Source of the DNA: an uncultured Bacilli bacterium
GTDB lineage: Bacteria > Bacillota_I > Bacilli_A > RF39 > UBA660
Length of the DNA: 64,000 nt
Direction: 5' to 3'
NCBI GenBank assembly: GCA_934096105.1
Contig: CAKOLH010000005.1
Location: 1,094-65,093, forward strand
Positions 58,707 to 64,000 of the stretch are shown here, piece by piece. The translations under genes and the position numbers were made by a program. The notes below the pieces were generated by a model that was not told the DNA's origin, ran no database searches, and was given only the letters and a program-made list of their open reading frames with translations. Every line of letters starts with the position of its first letter. Position 1 is the stretch's first letter.

Positions 58707-59258
58707 TTATCTATATTTTCTTATTTTCTTATATTCATTAATACCATATTTTTCATTTAATGTATCATAAAAAATAAATTTATGCGGTGGATTATAAGTT
58801 AAATAAATAAAACCTAGATATATTATAATTATTATAGGAACTGAAAGTGCATTTAATACTTTTAGTTCTTTTTCTTTTAATATATTATAACTTACTATTT
58901 GACCTATAATATATACTATTATCATGAGAGTTATTGATATAAACATAGATTCTCCTAATAACTTATATAGAGGTATATATATTACTAAGTATAATGGTAT
59001 TTGCATTATTGGAATGAAATATGTATTAAATGGTAAATTATTATATGTAATGTTATATTTCTTTAAAAGAATATATTCTATTAAACTGTATATTAATGTT
59101 GAAGTAAATAATATTTTCATATGTTCCCAAATGCTTTCATTTACTGGAAAGATAAATGAAAAGATAATATTAGGAAAAATATCATAAACAAAATGTGATA
59201 TAAAAGATAATATAGTTATAATAATTACTCCAAGTATTTTTATTTTCTTTAAATTCAT
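58707..59258 (-). CDS. Hypothetical polytopic membrane protein (183 aa)
   Basis: 5-6 TM helices with a PVNESIWEHMK motif. The family is not confidently recognised. Confidence 0.55.
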   Translation of the reverse strand: MNLKKIKILGVIIITILSFISHFVYDIFPNIIFSFIFPVNESIWEHMKILFTSTLIYSLIEYILLKKYNITYNNLPFNTYFIPIMQIPLYLVIYIPLYKLLGESMFISITLMIIVYIIGQIVSYNILKEKELKVLNALSVPIIIIIYLGFIYLTYNPPHKFIFYDTLNEKYGINEYKKIRKYR

Positions 59259-59316
59259 ATATTTATACTCCTTTATTTATTATATTATTATTATAACTAA
59301 ATAATTAAAAAATATT

Positions 59317-59410
59317 AATTTTAGAGATTATAAGCTCTAAAATTCTTTATGAAGACTTAATGGCTTCATAAAGCATCGAACAACAAAGTGTGAGATGAAA
59401 AAACTAATAA
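59317..59410 (+). repeat. Twin-hairpin intergenic repeat, copy G (subtype II)
   Basis: Hairpin 1 at 59317-59344 (aattttagag-attataag-ctctaaaatt). Hairpin 2 at 59345-59373 (ctttatgaag-acttaatgg-cttcataaag). The tail catcgaacaacaaagtgtgagatgaaa resembles that of copy B. Confidence 0.75.
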
Positions 59411-59459
59411 ATACCTTTATTTTTATATACTTTTTTAGTATAATATATATTGTGATAGT

Positions 59460-60707
59460 ATGAAAAAAAGTTATATATTTATAGGTATATTTTTAATATT
59501 TATTATAATTATTACAATAGTAGGTAGTATCATAGTTACAGGTAATATTAAAGTAAGTGAAGATAAAGATATTCTATTAGTGCAAAGTAATAAAGAAGTA
59601 TATTTTAAACCTTATGGTTATAGTATTGATAATCCTAATATAGTAGTTAATCCTTATGGTAATAGTCCTTTAACAGCACTAGTAATGTTTGAAACAGATA
59701 ACTATAGTGAAGTATCTATTAAAATATTAAGTAAAGATGGTAATAGTGATATAAATTATACATTTAGTAAAAATAAGTATCATTTAATACCAATATATGG
59801 ATTATATGCTGATTATGATAATACAGTTATATTATCAAGTGAAGGTAAGAGTAAAACTATTAATATTAAGACTGATAGTTTACCTGAAGACTTTACTTAT
59901 GTAGATAATATGACTTATGATAATTTTATATTTTATAATAGTAATTATCCTTATGCTATTGATAGCAATGCTGAAGTAAGATGGTATTTAAATAGTAATT
60001 ATTATGGTAATATAAGTATGACTAATGAATCTTCAATTGTTATTGGTAGTGATAGATATAATGAGAATGGTAATGTAATATCTTTATATCAAATGAACCT
60101 ATTAGGTAAAATTTATAATGAATACATAGTTAATAATTATTATGGAGTTAATACTGTTTATGGAGGTGTAGTTACTGTACTTTCTAATGATGTTATCTCA
60201 ATTGATTTACAGACTGGTAATACTATAAAGAAGTATTTTAAGAAAGACGATTATGATTATATTGATAATGTAGATGGTAATATTATTTTAAGAAAGGATG
60301 ATGCTTTTTATAAAGTGGGGGATGATAATAAACTAGAAGATACTACTTATGAATATAAAGAAAAAGTAATAAGTTTTTATAATAATACTTCTAATTATAG
60401 TATTGTACCTTCAGTTAGATATGGTAAGTTAGATGAGACTACTGAAAGTAAAAAGAAAGTATCTTTAATTAATTATGATAAAAGTAATGATGTAGATGTT
60501 TCTTTTGAGAAAGAAGTAGATAGAATAATGATTAAGAATAATAATAAAGATAAAGTTTATGTTATTCTTGATAAGTTTTTAGATAAGAGAGTGTATGAAG
60601 TATCGGATACTTTTTATATTAATGATACAGGTCTTAATGGTAAGTATACAGTTTATGTTAAGGAAAAAGATAAACTATATAGAACAGACTATTATATCGA
60701 GGTGTAA
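59460..60707 (+). CDS. Membrane-anchored protein with an arylsulfotransferase (ASST)-like N-terminal domain (tentative)
   Basis: N-terminal TM segment. The segment VNPYGNSPLTALVMFETDNYSEVSIKI...HLIPIYGLYADYDNTV resembles the ASST N-domain signature. The protein is shorter than canonical ASST. Confidence 0.4.
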   Translation: MKKSYIFIGIFLIFIIIITIVGSIIVTGNIKVSEDKDILLVQSNKEVYFKPYGYSIDNPNIVVNPYGNSPLTALVMFETDNYSEVSIKILSKDGNSDINYTFSKNKYHLIPIYGLYADYDNTVILSSEGKSKTINIKTDSLPEDFTYVDNMTYDNFIFYNSNYPYAIDSNAEVRWYLNSNYYGNISMTNESSIVIGSDRYNENGNVISLYQMNLLGKIYNEYIVNNYYGVNTVYGGVVTVLSNDVISIDLQTGNTIKKYFKKDDYDYIDNVDGNIILRKDDAFYKVGDDNKLEDTTYEYKEKVISFYNNTSNYSIVPSVRYGKLDETTESKKKVSLINYDKSNDVDVSFEKEVDRIMIKNNNKDKVYVILDKFLDKRVYEVSDTFYINDTGLNGKYTVYVKEKDKLYRTDYYIEV

Positions 60708-60708
60708 A

Positions 60709-61905
60709 ATGGAAAGAATAATTTTACATGTTGATGTTAATAATGCTTTTCTTAGTTGGTCTGCGGTGTGGCTACTAAAGAATGGTTATGGAAAAGATAT
60801 TAGAAATAGGTATGCTGTTATTGCAGGAGATGAAACTCAAAGAAGAGGTATTGTTTTAGCAAAGAGTAATCTGTGTAAAAAGAAAGGCGTTAAAACTGCT
60901 GAAGCAATTTATTTGGCTAGGAAAAAATGCCCTTATTTAGAGATTTATCCTCCTAGATATGATGTGTATAAAAAGTTTTCAGATATGATGTATAAATATT
61001 TATGTAATTATACTAATATTATTGAAAGATATTCTATCGATGAGTGTTTTCTTGATTACACTGGTAGTGTTAAGCTGTTTGGTGATCCGGTGAAAGTAGC
61101 TTATAAAATTAAAGATGATATTTATAGAAAATTTGGATTTACTGTTAATGTTGGTGTTGGTAATAATAAATTACTTGCTAAAATGGCTTCTGACTTTGAA
61201 AAACCTAATAAAGTACATACGCTATTTAGTAATGAGGTAGAAACTAAGATGTTTCCTCTTCCGATAGAAGATTTATTTATGACTGGTAGGGCAAGTGCTA
61301 AAAAACTTAGAGAGATGGGTATTACTACGATTGGAGAACTTGCTAGAACACCAGAGGAAGAACTTACTAAGAAGTTTAAATCTATGGGTAAGATGTTACA
61401 TGATTATGCAAATGGTATTGATAATAGTGAAGTTATGTATGAAAGAGAGCAGGCTAAGAGTATTTCTAACTCGACAGTTCTTCCATATAACTATAGAGAT
61501 TCTGGCATGATAAAGAATGTTATATCTGATTTATCTAAGGAAATTGGCAAAAAACTAAGAGACAATAAATTATATGCTGATACGATTGGTGTTTGGTTTA
61601 AATATACTTATTTTGATAAGATTAGTAAACAAATCAAATTAGATAATAGTATCGCAAATGATGAAGAAATAGCAGGAAAGGCTTTTAGTATTTTTAATGA
61701 ACTATGGAATGGTGAAGATGGTATTAGAAGTGTATGTGTATTTGTCAGTGGTCTATCTAATGAGAGAAAAGTGCAGCTTTCTTTATTTGATGAAAAGATA
61801 GAAGAAGAAGAAAAAGAGGACAAACTACAAGAAGTAATTGATGACATTAGAAATAAGTTTGGGGATAGTGTTATTGGTTTTGCAAATGAGAGAAATAACA
61901 AATAG
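60709..61905 (+). CDS. Y-family DNA polymerase (DinB/UmuC-type translesion polymerase)
   Basis: ILHVDVNNAFLSWSAV (the first catalytic Asp motif), SIDECFLD, and the KLLAKMASDFEKP and HhH regions. The start was moved to ATG 60709 behind GAGGTG, 1 nt after the upstream stop. Confidence 0.88.
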   Translation: MERIILHVDVNNAFLSWSAVWLLKNGYGKDIRNRYAVIAGDETQRRGIVLAKSNLCKKKGVKTAEAIYLARKKCPYLEIYPPRYDVYKKFSDMMYKYLCNYTNIIERYSIDECFLDYTGSVKLFGDPVKVAYKIKDDIYRKFGFTVNVGVGNNKLLAKMASDFEKPNKVHTLFSNEVETKMFPLPIEDLFMTGRASAKKLREMGITTIGELARTPEEELTKKFKSMGKMLHDYANGIDNSEVMYEREQAKSISNSTVLPYNYRDSGMIKNVISDLSKEIGKKLRDNKLYADTIGVWFKYTYFDKISKQIKLDNSIANDEEIAGKAFSIFNELWNGEDGIRSVCVFVSGLSNERKVQLSLFDEKIEEEEKEDKLQEVIDDIRNKFGDSVIGFANERNNK

Positions 61906-61914
61906 GGAGGCATT

Positions 61915-64000
61915 ATGGGATTATTTGATGGATTTAAAAAAAGAAAAAAAGACTATAAAGAAGTAGCTGCGGATAACACAAAGTTATCAGAAAGAGATAT
62001 GCTTATTAATAAAATCGGTAGTGATAAAATAGAATATATTTGTGATATGTATATGATAAAAAAAGATAATTTATCTATTGATTTTTTAACAAAATTAGCT
62101 TCTTCTGAAGAAATAATTAACTTTTTAACCCAAAACTTTTTAACTTCTGAAAGTGTACAAAAAATGAATAATAATAATTTTTCATTGAACGATGTCTTGA
62201 ATAATTTTCAATATGATATTTTACGATTTCCTGTTTTGTTTAAAGATGATGAAAAAAATAAGATATCATTACTTAATAAAGAAATAAAGGTTTTACAAGG
62301 TAATTATGTATCTCTTCAAATGGATGATTTTAATTTAAATAACCTATCTCTCAATGAAGAATATGATACGACTATACAATCTTATTTTAGTAATGTTACT
62401 ATAAAAAAAGATAGTAAAAAAATTTTATCTATCAAACTGAATGATATCTATTCAATTTCAGATATTAATATGTTGTTTCCTAGTAATAATATTTATTATA
62501 ATGCTCATAATTTTTCTTATTGTGTAGATAATTCATTACAAATAAATAATAAAACTATTGTTGTTATTAGTTCGGAAAAATTTAAAAATTTGACTGAGAC
62601 ACAAGTAGAAAATTTAAAAAATTGCATGGTTGTACTAAAAGAAGATACAAATAAAATTAGTAAACTATATGATAATTTTAGAAATAAAAATTTTAATGAT
62701 AATTTTCCTGCTTTAGAAAATGATAATCTAAATAATGAACTTATTAAAACTAATCATTTATTATATATAGTCAATAATTCTAATTTAGAGAGTAATAGAA
62801 AGAAGTATTTTGAATATTGGATAAAAAAATATTATAAAAATAATAGTTTACCTTATTATGTACAGGAATTTGCTGATAAGTTAATTAAAGAAATAGGAAT
62901 AGATGAGATAAAAAAAATCTCTTACCAATTTGATGGTTTAGAATATAATAAAAAAATAAATGTTATTGAATCTGATAATTATGATGTATCAATATTTTTA
63001 GGTGAATTTGAAAATATTAATAATGTATATTTATCTACATTAATTAATGCTATCAATAGGTTAAATAGTGAAGAGAAAAAAATAGTACTTAGTGATTCTA
63101 GAGTTAAAAATAAACTTGCAAAAGAAATACTTAGTGGCTCTAGTAGTGATATATATGGTTATTTTGAATCATTAAAATTAAAATTATCAGTTACTGAAAT
63201 ATTGTCTTTGCTTGATGTTAAGAAAATTAAAGATAATTTTATAGGAGATAAAAAACATTTAGAATATAAACTATTTGCTAGTTTATGCCGCAGTGAAGTG
63301 GAGGTAAATGAAACAATCACTTACTTACTTAACAATGATGAGATGTTTATAGAATTTTTTAAACAAAGTACTAATTTTTATAGTGCACTTGGAAGTTTGA
63401 ATGGGAAGTTGTTAATAGATACATTAACTAAACTTAAACAGAATAATATGGATACTCAATGTTATGATTTTGTTAGTTGCCTTTCTTTAGATACCCAAAA
63501 GGAACTTATTGATGAGAGACTTGATGATGAAATTATTTCTATACTTATACCAAAATTTAGAATAGATGCAGTAAATTATTTTTTTAAGGTAGATAATAGA
63601 GCAAATTATTTATTTAAAAATTTTAATATTCAGAAGTTTGCCGAAGTGGGTGTAATATTTAATGATACCATTTTAAGAAGTGATGAGTTTTTTGATATGT
63701 TAAAGAGTAAAAGTTTTGTGGACTTTCGAACAAATATAAATAATGTTGAAGTAAACAATTTACCTGAGTTTATTGAGATTAAACTAAAAAAATATTATGA
63801 TGAAATATTTAATGATTATGATGAAAAAAAGGAAATGTTTAAGGAATACATAGAAATACTTGATGCTCCTGATACATTTAGAGATTATAAGAAATTTAAT
63901 AATTATATATTAGATGATAATGCATCTCAAATTTTAAATTTGTCTAATCAATTAAAAAATGGTGATTGTATTGATAAGTTTAAAAAATTAACTAATCAAA
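61915..64000 (+). CDS. Large hypothetical protein, at least 695 aa, with its C-terminus beyond the window end
   Basis: I translated frame 1 codon by codon from ATG 61915 to 64000 and found no stop (MGLFDGFKKRKKDYKEVAADNTKLSERDML ... GDCIDKFKKLTNQ). GGGAGG lies 5 nt upstream and there is a 9-nt gap after the polymerase stop. It is absent from the ORF track because it has no stop in the window. I recognise no motif in it. Confidence 0.7.
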   Translation, partial: MGLFDGFKKRKKDYKEVAADNTKLSERDMLINKIGSDKIEYICDMYMIKKDNLSIDFLTKLASSEEIINFLTQNFLTSESVQKMNNNNFSLNDVLNNFQYDILRFPVLFKDDEKNKISLLNKEIKVLQGNYVSLQMDDFNLNNLSLNEEYDTTIQSYFSNVTIKKDSKKILSIKLNDIYSISDINMLFPSNNIYYNAHNFSYCVDNSLQINNKTIVVISSEKFKNLTETQVENLKNCMVVLKEDTNKISKLYDNFRNKNFNDNFPALENDNLNNELIKTNHLLYIVNNSNLESNRKKYFEYWIKKYYKNNSLPYYVQEFADKLIKEIGIDEIKKISYQFDGLEYNKKINVIESDNYDVSIFLGEFENINNVYLSTLINAINRLNSEEKKIVLSDSRVKNKLAKEILSGSSSDIYGYFESLKLKLSVTEILSLLDVKKIKDNFIGDKKHLEYKLFASLCRSEVEVNETITYLLNNDEMFIEFFKQSTNFYSALGSLNGKLLIDTLTKLKQNNMDTQCYDFVSCLSLDTQKELIDERLDDEIISILIPKFRIDAVNYFFKVDNRANYLFKNFNIQKFAEVGVIFNDTILRSDEFFDMLKSKSFVDFRTNINNVEVNNLPEFIEIKLKKYYDEIFNDYDEKKEMFKEYIEILDAPDTFRDYKKFNNYILDDNASQILNLSNQLKNGDCIDKFKKLTNQ

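Noticed and set aside
59374-59400. cgaacaacaaagtgtg, upstream of the polymerase operon, could be a LexA/Cheo SOS box.
   Set aside because: It does not fit GAAC-N4-GTTC because the second half-site is missing. The segment is part of the subtype-II tail of the twin-hairpin repeat, which is shared with copy B at 4423-4450, upstream of an unrelated gene.

Overview
This window is the replication-origin region of a very AT-rich Bacillota (Firmicutes) chromosome. G+C is roughly 25-30% by eye, not computed. The genetic code is standard: TGG encodes Trp, TGA is used as a stop, and prfB carries the classic UGA +1 frameshift. The organism carries endospore-lineage genes (bofA, spoVT, spoIID, a spoIIQ-like gene, spoIIID). 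Gene order closely follows the B. subtilis origin region: dnaA-dnaN-(x)-recF-gyrB-gyrA, ffs, tadA-dnaX-ybaB-recR-bofA-holB-yaaT-yabB-rsmI-pth-mfd-spoVT, then metG-tatD-yabE-like, spoIID/IIQ/IIID-mbl, dusB-lysS, clpC, DUF951-ychF, pepF, prfB, ftsEX and a Y-family polymerase. Almost all genes downstream of dnaA lie on the + strand. I saw no transposase, integrase, CRISPR array, rRNA or tRNA.

The non-routine content is mostly non-coding.
1. A 1.2-kb gene-free island at 15976-17104 holds eight parS centromere sites. Six of them are followed at a fixed 3-4 bp gap by a DnaA-box-like 9-mer, and the sites sit in alternating unit types with a ~339-bp higher-order repeat.
2. Four Noc-binding-site palindromes occur, two of them inside recF and dnaX.
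3. A dispersed twin-hairpin intergenic repeat family has at least 8 copies. Its stems show compensatory substitutions, and copies sit just upstream of promoters.
4. The oriC is bipartite, with a DnaA-trio-like run between dnaA and dnaN.
5. A short-type SRP RNA directly abuts the parS island.
6. A Met T-box leader precedes dut-metG.

The coding oddities are as follows.
- A ComK-family gene sits between dnaN and recF.
- An orphan HerA/FtsK-type ATPase lies directly upstream of oriC.
- An open reading frame of at least 695 codons, absent from the ORF track, is tightly coupled to the Y-family polymerase and runs off the window end.

Several ORF-track starts were moved to internal start codons on the basis of RBS spacing. 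All protein calls rest on motif recognition by eye, not on database searches.
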